Below are positions 41,207 through 57,458 of a stretch of DNA of 64,000 nt, piece by piece. Where the stretch lies: the NCBI GenBank assembly GCA_964016885.1, contig OZ024741.1, positions 352,408,001-352,472,000 on the forward strand, in the 5' to 3' direction. The position numbers and the translations under genes were made by a program. This DNA is from Eledone cirrhosa. Lineage: Eukaryota. Numbering within the stretch: the first letter of the stretch is position 1; each line of letters begins with the position of its first letter. The notes beneath the pieces were generated by a model, which was not told the DNA's origin, did no database searches, and saw only the letters and a program-made list of their open reading frames with translations.

Positions 41207-42719
41207 GGGGAGGGAGAGAAAGATAAGAGAGAGAGGGGTGAGAGAGGAAGTGAGAAAAAGATATAAAGGAAGAATCGATCTCGGTACTAGACTGGTACTC
41301 GACTTCAACAGGACAAAAAGCAAAGTTGGCGGCGGTGGGAATCGAACAGTGAGCTGGAAAGAATACCGCAAATATTCTATCCGATATTCTAATGACTCTA
41401 ATGACTGCCAATGACAAATTTAAATAGTTAACGAATTTACACCACCACTTCTTTGCTCCCGTCCTTCGTTTAGTCCTAAAATCTTTCGACGGTGAGTGTT
41501 CCAATTGATGGCTGGCCCTTTGAATTAGAGGTACAGACCATAATGTATTGTGGTGTAAGTGGCTATGCATTCCACAAACACAGGTACGCTTAACGAAACT
41601 CTCAAAGAGATTCAGCATGACACAGTGTGTGACGAGGCTGGCCCTTTGAATGACATATACAGTCCATCCGGCGGGCCTTGAAATGGTTTCCGTCGATCCA
41701 ATTTCACTCACAAAACATGAGTCGACCCGTGGCTATATTTGGTAAATGGTAAATGACAGTTCTTCAAGATGCCACGCATTAGCAGACATGTCCGACGGGG
41801 AGACCTCCCACCCACTTCTGGGTTGTTGAGAGTTGTATTCTTTTGTGAAAATGGGTATAGCTTTCTTTATGTAAAATCTCCCCATTTTGCCTCATTTCTC
41901 CCCGTGTTGGGACACTTTTTTTCATGGTACTCCCCGTTTGGGTTTTTAGAGGTTGGCAGGTCTGATCCTAGACACCCCCTTAGAAAGCGTACCTCTCCAC
42001 ACAGTTCCGGATTGTATACAAATGACACTTTAGTAATCTCATACAGCACGGGTGGCCACTCTTTTTCATGGTATTCCCCGTTTGGGTTTTTAGAGGTTAG
42101 CAGCTCTGCATTAGGATCGAATACATAATTTAATTGTTTCTACTTTAGGCCCAAGGCCAGAAATTAGGCAGTGCATTACTGGTACTTTATTTTATCGACC
42201 CCGTAATTTAATGATTGCGAAGCGAACTTTTTAACCACTCAGCCATATTGCATTTTCTTAAAAATACTAAACGTACAGATTTATTTGTGTGTGTGTGTAT
42301 GTGCGCGTGCGTGTATGTGTGTGTATGTGCGCGTGCGTGTATGTGTGTGCATGTGTGTATGTGCGCGTGTATGTGTGTGCATGTGTGTGTGCATGTGTGT
42401 GTGTACGCGTGTATGTGTGTGTCTGTGTGTGTGAACGTACTGTATTGTTTGTGTACAGATATGAATTTGAGAGTACACTATTTCATATATAATTGAACTA
42501 GCTACCATCTTAAGCATTAAAATTATACAAATTAGCAGATCCAGTTCTCTGCTATTGTCACATTTAATGGACGTAGAATGCCTTTAGTTACGTAATTCTC
42601 ATGAGATTATGAGAGATGTAGAAAGTTTTGAAATATTGTCTCAACTAAAACTGAAACTTGAGTCAAGCTTTCCATTATTTCCAATCATCAGAGTAATGTG
42701 CGTATGTATGTATGTATGT

Positions 42720-45700
42720 TTTCTCTTTCTCTTAATTTTGAGTATATTTTTTGACCGGCCACCTTCCTGGTGGCAAGGTTGTAAAAGAAAAGAAATTGTC
42801 ATCCCTTGAATCGCAAGAATGTTTTGCAAATTTTGAAGGTGCCAGCTATCGCAGCCATTTGTAGACTATGAATTAGGGAGCTGCGCTTTTTGTCCGCAAA
42901 TCCAAGTTCAGTCATACTTTGGTCCAAGCGGGTTGGTATATAACCCGTAGCACCAATAATGATGGGTATGAAGCTAAAGGTGTATCTTGGATACTGGATT
43001 TGTAAACTCCTCATCAATGGTCCGTAGATGTCCTCCTTCTCCTGTATTTTTCTGACAACGTTTACATCAAGTGGGCAGCTGATCTCCACAACAGAACACG
43101 TTTTCAATGTGTGGTCCCAAACTACAATATCAGGCCGGTTGTGCTTTAATTTGGTGGCAGTTTTTATTTTCAGGTTCCACCAGTATTCCTTAGTGCCATC
43201 TGTCTCAATATATTCTTCCTCGTTTGTTGTTGATTTTGTTTTCCGAAGTGCGTTCCAGATGGTTCTAGCTATCCCATCGTGTCTCATGGGGAGGTAGTAG
43301 CGAGATGACATTCTTTCGCAGCTGGCAACAATGTGGCTTACATCCTCGATCTTTGTTTTACATAGCCTACATTTATTGTCAGCTGCTGGCCCTCCTCTTT
43401 TGTGCAGCAGATATTTGGTAGGGAGTTCTTGTTCCTGTATTGCATAGAGATATCTCTCAAGGTGTGATGTCATAAACTTGTCGGAACTCCATGCCAGGCT
43501 TTTTGAGTGGTTTATCCCCTCTATGGTCTGTGTTTTACGCCTCAAGTATCCATGCACAACTTTTTCTGTAAATTGGTCAATTTTTTTTTCTTGTTTGAAC
43601 ATTGAATAGGATCTTCCGATTTCTCTGGGTGAGAGATTTATATCGGGCTTTATTCCATATCTCTCCTCCAGATCAGTCGCTATTCTAATGATATTTCTTT
43701 TTTCATGGTCATAAACCTGGGCAAGATGGTTGCCAACCTTTTTCCTCTGTTGAAGGTGTTGCTTCAGTGTCACTATCCGGGTCTCATATGTTGTTAATAT
43801 TGATTTTAGACCCCGGCCACCTTCCTTGCGTGAGAAGTATAGCCTATCCACATCACCATTGATGTTAAAGTTCCCAGTAACACTGAGAAGTTTTCGAGTT
43901 CTAACATCCATCTCACTTAGTTCTTGCAATGACCAGTTCAGTAGGCCAAATGTTGGCGTTAGAATTGGCACAGCATAAGTATTGTGGGCAATGTATTTGT
44001 TGTATGCTGACAGTTCTGATGACCATATTTTCTTTACTCTTCTGAGGTATTCAGTTCTGGTTCTCTCCTTATTTATGGGTCCATCATATCTGACATTCTC
44101 ATCCTGTCCAAGATATCTGTAGTTGTCACCTGACTGCAGAGGTTGTATTGTCAGGCCGTTCATCTCTAGATTTCTAGAGGAGGGCACAGCTCTTCCACGT
44201 TTTACTGCCAAATATGCACACTTGGACTCACCAAATTTCATTTTGATGTCGGTTGAAAATTGTGTAATGAGGTCCAATTGTTTCTTGATGTCATTGATAT
44301 TTGGCCCATACAACTTCAGGTCATCAACAAAGAAAAGATGGGAGATACTTCTGGTCCCACTTCTTTGTCGACCTTGTTTCCTGAGTAGGTAAGATAGTGG
44401 ATTCAGTGAGAGAACGAAGAGTAGCACTGACAAGCTATCACCCTGAAAGATGCCCTTCTGGTAATGTATCTTATCAGTCTTAACCTGCTCCTTCTCACCT
44501 CTAAGGATCAAACTGGTGTACCAGTTCTTGGTCAGGCGTTCAACAGCAGCTACCAATGGTTGTGGGACTTTAGCTAACTGTAAAGCCTTAACAATCCACC
44601 CATGAGGTACACTATCAAATGCTTTTTGATAGTCCAGCCACACGACAGTCATGTTTCTGCGATTCTTTGTTGTTTTTTCCTGAATCATTTTGTTAGTTAG
44701 TAGGTGATCTATGCAACCCCACACCTCCCTCTTTCCACCAGCTTGCTCAGGTGTTATGATGTTGTTGGTAGCACAGTGATCCTGTAAGAACAGGTTAAGG
44801 CACCCAGTATATAATTTATACATGATGTTTTGGCAGGCAATTGGGCGGTAATTTTTAGCAAGGGTGGTTTGGCTATTTTGGGGAATGAGGAGAGTAGAGG
44901 CAGTTGATAACCATCTGGGAAGTTCTTGTGTGCCCTTAATGGTTTCTGTAAACAGCCGTATGAGATCTTGCCGATAGAAAGTGAAATTCTTCAACCAGTA
45001 TCCTGTAATGAGGTCTGGGCCTGGCGATTTCCTATTCGACATTTTCTGTAGAGCTGTTTCCAGTATTGACCCATCTATGTCATATTGTTTTGTCTGGACA
45101 TGTTGGCAGTAGTCCTGTTCCAGTTCTTTTAGCCAATTAGCTTGTCTGTTGAATCCGTCATCCGTTTCCCATACAGATCTCCAGTAGCTCTCAACCTGTT
45201 CTTTTGAAGGGGTGTCATTTACAGAGATTGAGCTTTTGCCACCGAAGCTGCGATAAACTGATTTAGGATCTCTGGCAAACAATCTATTTAGCACTTGTCG
45301 TTTATGTGCTGTTGACTTATATTTTAGTCTTTCTGTTGTAGCTGTGAGTTGTTGTTTCAACTGGTGTAATTTGGAGTTCAAAGTTTTAAATTTTGTATCT
45401 CCAAATCTTCTCTCTAACTTTTTCTTTAGGTCTTCCTGGTGTTGTGTGAAGTTGCTCTCTATGTTGCATTTCATAACGACTGCGATGTGTGAGATACTTC
45501 GTCTCAGGGACAAAATTTTGGTTTTTAAATTTCGCATCCACGCTGGTTCAGGCTTTCTGTTTGTATCTTGATTGCGTGGTTTTAGATGTGTGTTATATGC
45601 TAGCAATGTGACAGCTGAAACATATAACAAAACATTAAGCGTTTCAAATGTCGTTTCTACACCTTTAGATCGTATAGCCTTCAGATAATTGCCAGCTATT

Positions 45701-46330
45701 TCGTTCACCGCTTCCAATTCCAATTTAGTGGGTTCTTTACTGACTCTAGTGTTGTATGGTCTGTCACTCACATTAAGGCTGTGTATCTCTTGAAACATAT
45801 CATTCCATATCACTTGTAGGGAGCCCACAAGTTTTTGGTGCTCTGTTTGTTCAGTAGAGTCATGAATTTCAGCCTCGTTGTTGATGTGGTGACAATTACT
45901 ACTAGAGTCAGCTGACCTTTCTCGCTGTTCTTCAGTGGAAGTGGGATGAATTTCAGCAAAATTGTTGGTGAGCTGTTCACTGTTAGATTTAGCTGGCCAT
46001 TCCCTTTGTCTGTCAGTGGAGGTGGGGTGGTTGTCTACAAGGGCTGTATTTGTAGTATCACTCGATTCCGTTAGATGTATCAATTTACATCTAATGATAC
46101 GTTTTGCCTGTTCATTTAAATGCCTTGGAGAAAAGTCTAATTCTGGGTGTTTGGAGTTCCATAAAGTTTTTAGCCTTTGCATAAAACCGAACTTTTGGGG
46201 TTCAGATTGTTTGTATGCTTCATATAATACTTTGTTAAGCTCGTAGGTTCACTGTATACAACGGTTGTAATTGCGATTTGGTCGAAGGAGACTTGTACTT
46301 TTTGCCATGATGAGTTCGTCTATTCACTAA
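42720..46330 (-). mobile_element. Near full-length R4/Dong-clade non-LTR retrotransposon
   Basis: Single long ORF with RT and restriction-like endonuclease; 3' end runs into (ACAT)n; exact 5' end uncertain. Confidence 0.9.
42799..46182 (-). CDS. RT + CCHC + PD-(D/E)xK restriction-like endonuclease polyprotein (R4 clade), 1127 aa
   Basis: KSPGPD, NYRPI, LDYQKAFDSV, GIFQGDSLS, HLFFVDDLK, GGRGL, CRLC..HIVASC, RHD, RPDIV..VEISCP..K; likely original start at 46308 with a TGA at 46249-46251. Confidence 0.93.
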   Translation of the reverse strand: MQRLKTLWNSKHPELDFSPRHLNEQAKRIIRCKLIHLTESSDTTNTALVDNHPTSTDRQREWPAKSNSEQLTNNFAEIHPTSTEEQRERSADSSSNCHHINNEAEIHDSTEQTEHQKLVGSLQVIWNDMFQEIHSLNVSDRPYNTRVSKEPTKLELEAVNEIAGNYLKAIRSKGVETTFETLNVLLYVSAVTLLAYNTHLKPRNQDTNRKPEPAWMRNLKTKILSLRRSISHIAVVMKCNIESNFTQHQEDLKKKLERRFGDTKFKTLNSKLHQLKQQLTATTERLKYKSTAHKRQVLNRLFARDPKSVYRSFGGKSSISVNDTPSKEQVESYWRSVWETDDGFNRQANWLKELEQDYCQHVQTKQYDIDGSILETALQKMSNRKSPGPDLITGYWLKNFTFYRQDLIRLFTETIKGTQELPRWLSTASTLLIPQNSQTTLAKNYRPIACQNIMYKLYTGCLNLFLQDHCATNNIITPEQAGGKREVWGCIDHLLTNKMIQEKTTKNRRNMTVVWLDYQKAFDSVPHGWIVKALQLAKVPQPLVAAVERLTKNWYTSLILRGEKEQVKTDKIHYQKGIFQGDSLSVLLFVLSLNPLSYLLRKQGRQRSGTRSISHLFFVDDLKLYGPNINDIKKQLDLITQFSTDIKMKFGESKCAYLAVKRGRAVPSSRNLEMNGLTIQPLQSGDNYRYLGQDENVRYDGPINKERTRTEYLRRVKKIWSSELSAYNKYIAHNTYAVPILTPTFGLLNWSLQELSEMDVRTRKLLSVTGNFNINGDVDRLYFSRKEGGRGLKSILTTYETRIVTLKQHLQQRKKVGNHLAQVYDHEKRNIIRIATDLEERYGIKPDINLSPREIGRSYSMFKQEKKIDQFTEKVVHGYLRRKTQTIEGINHSKSLAWSSDKFMTSHLERYLYAIQEQELPTKYLLHKRGGPAADNKCRLCKTKIEDVSHIVASCERMSSRYYLPMRHDGIARTIWNALRKTKSTTNEEEYIETDGTKEYWWNLKIKTATKLKHNRPDIVVWDHTLKTCSVVEISCPLDVNVVRKIQEKEDIYGPLMRSLQIQYPRYTFSFIPIIIGATGYIPTRLDQSMTELGFADKKRSSLIHSLQMAAIAGTFKICKTFLRFKG

Positions 46331-46867
46331 TATTTCGTATTTATTTTTCAAAATAGTCGATGATCTTCTTTAAAAGTTACGACAAAGTTCTGTCAGAATC
46401 AAATTTAAAGTTATTCACAGCTTGAGTAATATTTCTTTTCAGTTAGTTTTTAATTCTACAGCTGTGTTTTATATAAATGTAATATTTCTTTATAAATGTA
46501 ATATAACAACGTTGCATTTATATGTTAAAGTGTATGTATGGTTCATATATCATAAGTGTATGTATCGTTCATATAAATAGGTGTTTTACAACACACTTAC
46601 AGTTCAAACACTTATGTAGAATTATTGTATGTAATCTTACCGCGTAATGTAGCTCAACTTTTTCCAATATATGGTATGTTGCCTTCATGTAAGCCGTAAT
46701 TACACACGTCCGATTATCGGACACTGACCACAACGGTCGCCATTTTATATATGTATGTATACAACGGTTGTAATTGCGATTTGGTCGAAGGAGACTTGTA
46801 TGTATGTATGTATGTATGTATGTATGTATGTATGTATGTATGTATGTATGTATGTATGTATGTATGT

Positions 46868-48542
46868 TATCTCTTTCTCTTAATTTCGAGTATATTTTTT
46901 TGACCGGCCACCTTCCTGGTGGCAAGGTTGTAAAAGAAAAGAAATTGTCATCCCTTGAATCGCAAGAATGTTTTGCAAATTTTGAAGGTGCCAGCTATCG
47001 CAGCCATTTGTAGACTATGAATTAGGGAGCTGCGCTTTTTGTCCGCAAATCCAAGTTCAGTCATACTTTGGTCCAAGCGGGTTGGTATATAACCCGTAGC
47101 TCCAATAATGAAGGGTATGAAGCTAAAGGTGTATCTTGGATACTGGATTTGTAAACTCCTCATCAATGGTCCGTAGATGTCCTCCTTCTCCTGTATTTTT
47201 CTGACAACGTTTACATCAAGTGGGCAGCTGATCTCCACAACAGAACACGTTTTCAATGTGTGGTCCCAAACAACAATATCAGGCCGGTTGTGCTTTAATT
47301 TGGTGGCAGTTTTTATTTTCAGGTTCCACCAGTATTCCTTAGTGCCATCTGTCTCAATATATTCTTCCTCGTTTGTTGTTAATTTTGTTTTCCGAAGTGC
47401 GTTCCAGATGGTTCTAGCTATCCCATCGTGTTTCATGGGGAGGTAGTAGCGAGATGACATTCTTTCGCAGCTGGCAACAATGTGGCTTACATCCTCGATC
47501 TTTGTTTTACATAGCCTACATTTATTGTCAGCTGCTGGCCCTCCTCTTTTGTGCAGCAGATATTTGGTAGGGAGTTCTTGTTCCTGTATTGCATAGAGAT
47601 ATCCCTCAAGGTGTGATGTCATAAACTTGTTGGAACTCCATGCCAGGCTTTTTGAGTGGTTTATCCCCTCTATGGTCTGTGTTTTATGTCTCAAGTATCC
47701 ATGCACAACTTTTTCTGTAAATTGGTCAATTTTTTCATCTTGTTTGAACATTGAATAGGATCTTCCGATTTCTCTGGGTGAGAGATTTATATCAGGCTTT
47801 ATTCCATATCTCTCCTCCAGATCAGTCGCTATTCTAATGATATTTTTTTTTCCATGCTCATAAACATGGGCAAGATGGTTGCCAACCTTTTTCCTCTGTT
47901 GAAGGTGTTGATTCAGTGTTACTATCCGGGTCTCATATGTTGTTAATATTGATTTTAGACCCCGGCCACCTTCCTTGCGTGAGAAGTATAGCCTATCCAC
48001 ATCACCATTGATGTTAAAGTTCCCAGTAACACTGAGAAGTTTGCGAGTTCTAACATCCATCTCACTTAGTTCTTGCAATGACCAGTTCAGCAGGCCAAAT
48101 GTTGGCGTTAGTATTGGCACAGCATAAGTATTGTGGGCAATATATTTGTTGTATGCTGACAGTTCTGATGACCATATTTTCTTTACTCTTCTGAGGTATT
48201 CAGTTCTGGTTCTCTTCTTATTTATGGGTCCATCATATCTGACATTCTCATCCTGTCCAAGATATCTGTAGTTGTCACCTGACTGTAGAGGTTGTATTGT
48301 CAGGCCGTTCATCTCTAGATTTCTAGAGGAGGGCACAACCCTTCCACGTTTTACTGCCAAATATGCACACTTGGACTCACCAAATTTCATTTTGATGTCG
48401 GTTGAAAATTGTATAATGAGGTCCAATTGTTTCTTGACGTCATTGATATTTGGCCCATACAACTTCAGGTCATCAACAAAGAAAAGATGGGAGATACTTC
48501 TGGACCCACTTCTTTGTCCACCTTGTTTCCTGAGTAGGTAAG

Positions 48543-48545
<3 letters not shown>
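46868..48545 (-). mobile_element. 5'-truncated second copy of the R4/Dong element
   Basis: Highly similar to 42720-44395; ORF 46948-48462; (TATG)n on both sides. Confidence 0.93.
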
Positions 48546-48573
<28 letters not shown>

Positions 48574-48819
48574 TGTATGTATGTATGTATGTATGTATGT
48601 ATGTATGTATGTATGTATGTATGTTCTTCTGGTTTTATAATTTCACAAATTTGTTTCCCAATAAAGAGAGTCGGTTTCTAACATAGACATAAGATGTATG
48701 TATGTATGTATGTATGTATGTATGTATGTATGTATGTATGATGTATGTATGTATGTATGTATGTATGTATGTATGTATGTATGTATGTATGTATGTATGT
48801 ATGTATGCATGTATGTATG

Positions 48820-49012
48820 TTTCTCTTTCTCTTAATTTCGAGTACATTTTTGACTGGTCACCTTCCTAGTGGCAAGGTTGTAAAAGAAAAGAAATTGTCA
48901 TCCCTTGAATCACAAGAATGTTTTGCAAAATTTGAAGGTGCCAGCTATCACAGCCATTTGTAGTCTATGAATTAGGGAGCTGCGTTCTTTGTTCACAAAT
49001 CCAAATTCAGTT
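48820..49012 (-). mobile_element. Short 3' fragment (third copy) of the R4/Dong element
   Basis: Matches the 3' UTR and ORF end; TATG-type repeats on both sides. Confidence 0.9.
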
Positions 49013-49129
49013 ATATGTATGTGTACATGTATGCATGTATGTATACACACACGCACATGGGGATTCTTTTCTTTGTTTTTGTGCCTCTCCTTTGTTCTGT
49101 CCTACGCCATCTTGTTTTTTCGAAAAACA

Positions 49130-49172
49130 GTCACTGAAGAGGTCACAGAATGTGTGACGAAAGAACTTTGAC
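49130..49172 (+). ncRNA. Hammerhead-like motif (minimal type I)
   Basis: GTCA-CTGAAGA-G-GTCACA..TGTGAC-GAAA-GAAC-TT-TGAC. Confidence 0.55.
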
Positions 49173-49319
49173 AATATATGAACAATCATCTGGTTGTGGA
49201 ACCAACCAACCAACCGGAAATTTATAAATTCCTAAATTTATAAATTTAATTTATAATAAATTGAAGTGAAACAACTGGTGCGTGTGTTTCTTATTGGCAA
49301 CATGACCCTCCCAAAGTAT

Positions 49320-53365
<4,046 letters not shown>

Positions 53366-53374
53366 TATATATAA

Positions 53375-53463
<89 letters not shown>

Positions 53464-54015
53464 TAGGGGGGGGGGGGTATATGAATGGATGAGACATTAG
53501 TAAAGTTATTTTTAGTCTACAATAAGACTAAAGGCTTTAGCTTTAAAAAGATGGCTTGGATGGCCTTTGCATCTTGCTGGGCACCAATATCTTTAGGATC
53601 TGTTTTCTTGTCAAATTATACGTTACGGTAGAATAAATAGCCATATGAATGTTTTTACGGGGGTAGTGAATAAACTTTTAAAACATATGGTAGAACAGTG
53701 ACACAATGAATCATTTCTGATACAGAGTTTTCGTCAGTGCCTTGGCGCTAAAAGAGAGATTCTGGGGAAATATAAAATCGTGCGACTCCTGTCCATTACA
53801 CAATGTGTTTGTGTGTGTTTATGTGAATTTATGTGTGTGTAAAAAAACTGACTGGCCAGTCTGCTGATATGCAAATCTGGCTGATCAGTGGATCTGCTAA
53901 TATGCAGATCTGACTGATCAGCCAGTCTGCTAATGTGCAAATCAGGCCGATCAGTCACTGTATATTTTAGAAAATATATATTTTCACTAGGTCTAACAGT
54001 TGGCAGGTGAACAGT

Positions 54016-54065
54016 GAACTATACTGATGAAGGATAATACCCAGACACATTAGTGTCTGCAGTTC
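54016..54065 (+). ncRNA. Degenerate hammerhead motif
   Basis: GAACTATA-CTGATGA-weak stem II-GACA(for GAAA)-CATTAGTG-TC-TGCAGTTC. Confidence 0.45.
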
Positions 54066-54230
54066 TGTTTACATGCCAACACAAGAGCAAGAATGAGGGG
54101 CTCATTCTACTGGCATGGCTTTAAAAATGAGGCTTGTTTGCATAATTGAAAATGAATCAAATATTATTATTAATATTCGAAAAACTCAGATTACATTTAT
54201 TGTAATCAGCCTAGTAGAGCGAAGTTTTTT

Positions 54231-54301
<71 letters not shown>

Positions 54302-54578
54302 TACTATGGGCTGGTTCATGCATAGGTCAAATTTTCGGCCCCATTCGATCCTGTGCTAGCTGGCAGTTGGCAATATATTTTGCCGTTCCTGAGACTTTTT
54401 GTCCTAGGAAAGGAAAATGCTCTCTGATGATCTAAACTTTTCCATTGGAAGTCCCTAGGATCTCCAATCTTTTGTGAAGTGAAACCGTCGGTAAAAGCAA
54501 TTGGAATAGGTAAATATTTAAATTATATTTTTTAATTTATTTAAAAAAATTGTTTGAATCTTGCTTGCTCCGCTTATC

Positions 54579-54640
<62 letters not shown>

Positions 54641-54701
54641 GTAGAACACTGGAAGGTAATATCCGTAGTGGTAGAACACTCAGTCCATAGGACGAGTTAG
54701 G

Positions 54702-54852
54702 TAGAAGTGGTTACACAACAGTTAGTTCACTATACCGAGAACAATTGTTTCACTTTAGCAGATCCTCAGCTCGTAATGGACGAGCTGAGGATCCGCTAAG
54801 GTGAAACAATTGTTCTCGGTATGGTGAACTAACTGTTCTGTAACCACTTCTA
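54702..54852. mobile_element. Fold-back palindrome with hammerheads on both strands, between (TA)n tracts
   Basis: Arms 54702-54774 and 54780-54852, 5-nt loop. Confidence 0.8.
54781..54818 (+). ncRNA. Minimal type I hammerhead ribozyme
   Basis: CGAG-CTGAGGA-TCCGCTAAGGT-GAAA-C-AATT-G-TT-CTCG; palindromic AATT loop; mirror copy at 54736-54773(-). Confidence 0.72.
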
Positions 54853-55110
54853 TATATATATATATATAGGAGCCAGTAAGACCCCGACAGCTGAGCTCAA
54901 GCCGTTTCGACGGCTAATATATATATATATATATTTAATTAGAAAGTGAATACAATATATAACTACTCCATTACCTAGGGTCCTGAAACCTTTGGTAATG
55001 GACTAGTTATATATTGTGTTGTTCACTTTCTAATTAAATAGCTGTTTTATACATAGAGCACTCTTTTTTCCTTTGCCTTTTTTTCGGAAATACCTTATCA
55101 CACACACATT

Positions 55111-55151
<41 letters not shown>

Positions 55152-55157
<6 letters not shown>

Positions 55158-56043
55158 CGTAAAATAAGAAAATTATAAAATTAACTTACTTACTAAAAAA
55201 TCACTTCCAACTAATTAGTTTCTGGAATGGAGTAAATATATTTTCCGAAGAATCATATAGAAAATCATTCCGTCATCAGGAAAGTATTTTTCCGTATAGG
55301 TCTCCAGGCATAGCGAGGACACTGGAAACTTATTAAAAAAATAATTCAGTGGAATGGAAATAGCGAAGCGTGGACTGGAATCCAAGCCATTTTTACGTCT
55401 CTCATATTATTGTTCTGCAACCCCATGCATTGAACCACATTGTTAATAAGACAAAACCTATATATTTGCTAGCATTGATATGCATCTGTATGTATATAAA
55501 TGTTACTAGATATAAATTCCTTATAATTATCTCCAATTCATTTGTCGAGCAATATTTGGCCATGACTGCTACTATGGTAGTAAGCTGGCCGCTGTCTTAA
55601 TAACCACTCGCTTTCCACTGATTGACCTCGATGTCACGTGATTGATTCTTTTTGAATTTGCCACAGACGAAGAGGCAGTGATTTTCTCAATGGCTTGGAT
55701 TCCAGTCCACGCTTCGCTATTTCCATTCCACTGAATTATTTTTTTAATAAGTTTCCCGTGTCCTCGCTATGCCTGGAGACCTATACGGAAAAATACTTTC
55801 CTGATGACGGAATGATTTTCTATATGATTCTTCGGAAAATATATTTACTCCATTCCAGAAACTAATTAGTTGGAAGTGATTTTTTAGTAAGTAAGTTAAT
55901 TTTATAATTTTCTTATTTTACGTCTCTCATATTATTGTTCTGCAACCCCATGCATTGAACCACATTGTTAATAAGACAAAACCTATATATTTGCTAGCAT
56001 TGATATGCATCTGTATGTATATAAATGTTACTAGATATAAATT

Positions 56044-56050
<7 letters not shown>
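55152..56050. mobile_element. Inverted plus direct repeat element in (TA)n (Penelope inverted pseudo-LTR-like)
   Basis: Inverted repeat 55152-55391 / 55689-55928 and direct repeat 55391-55524 / 55917-56050. Confidence 0.7.
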
Positions 56051-56094
<44 letters not shown>

Positions 56095-56174
56095 CTAAAC
56101 TCGACCTATGAACTAAGTGCTCTTACTCTTGGAAATTTCTACCAAACTTTCACTACAATATATATATCGAAAGA

Positions 56175-56267
<93 letters not shown>

Positions 56268-56274
56268 GGAGACG

Positions 56275-56324
<50 letters not shown>

Positions 56325-56645
56325 AAGGAAGAAAGGAAGAAAGAAAGATATTTAGAAAGATAGAGATAGAAAGTGAGAAAGATAATATAGCCGTTAATGC
56401 GTGAATGTAAGGTCAGTTAGTAAGGTTAACTCTCTTTCCCTTCTAAAGAGATGTTAAATATCCGGATATCCTCTTTAGTCTCTTTAGAGATAAAATAGTT
56501 AAATAGTAAACATAATATTCTCCCTCACATTAGACATCACAGAATAGGAGATAGTGTGTCCAATAAATTATTATTGTACCAGCTTTCCAATCTTCTATGA
56601 AATCACGAAAAGGCTTTTAATTTTTATATGAAGTATATGAACATT

Positions 56646-56968
56646 TGTGACGCCCGAACGAGTATCCTCCACCTCCAACTAAATTATCCTTCGCCTCTGA
56701 GTCCCGGCCGACAGAATGGAGCAGAATGGCCGACAGAATGCATTGCGCCAGAGGACGGCAAGGGAGACGCGCTGGAACAGCCACTCCACCTCACGGGATT
56801 CGTACCTGTGGGCAACCAACTCCGCTCCGATAGCAGCGAGTTAGGATGTGGTCCGGGGGCCAAGAACGTCAGAAGTCTCCACCATTATAGGCTCTACTAT
56901 AAACCTATCCAGTTGTTTTCTAATATATAATGGAATAAATTTCGTCAAAGAAAGAACGGGACGATACA
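56646..56968 (+). mobile_element. Possible solo LTR
   Basis: TGT...ACA ends with short imperfect inverted repeat, GC-rich body, TATAAA then AATAAA; no clear TSD. Confidence 0.45.
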
Positions 56969-57003
56969 ATCAACTAAGTAGTGGATTAGCTGAATCATTA
57001 GAA

Positions 57004-57458
<455 letters not shown>

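Noticed and set aside
54305-54515. Possible exon ending in AG|GTAAAT
   Set aside because: No frame stays open between the candidate splice sites
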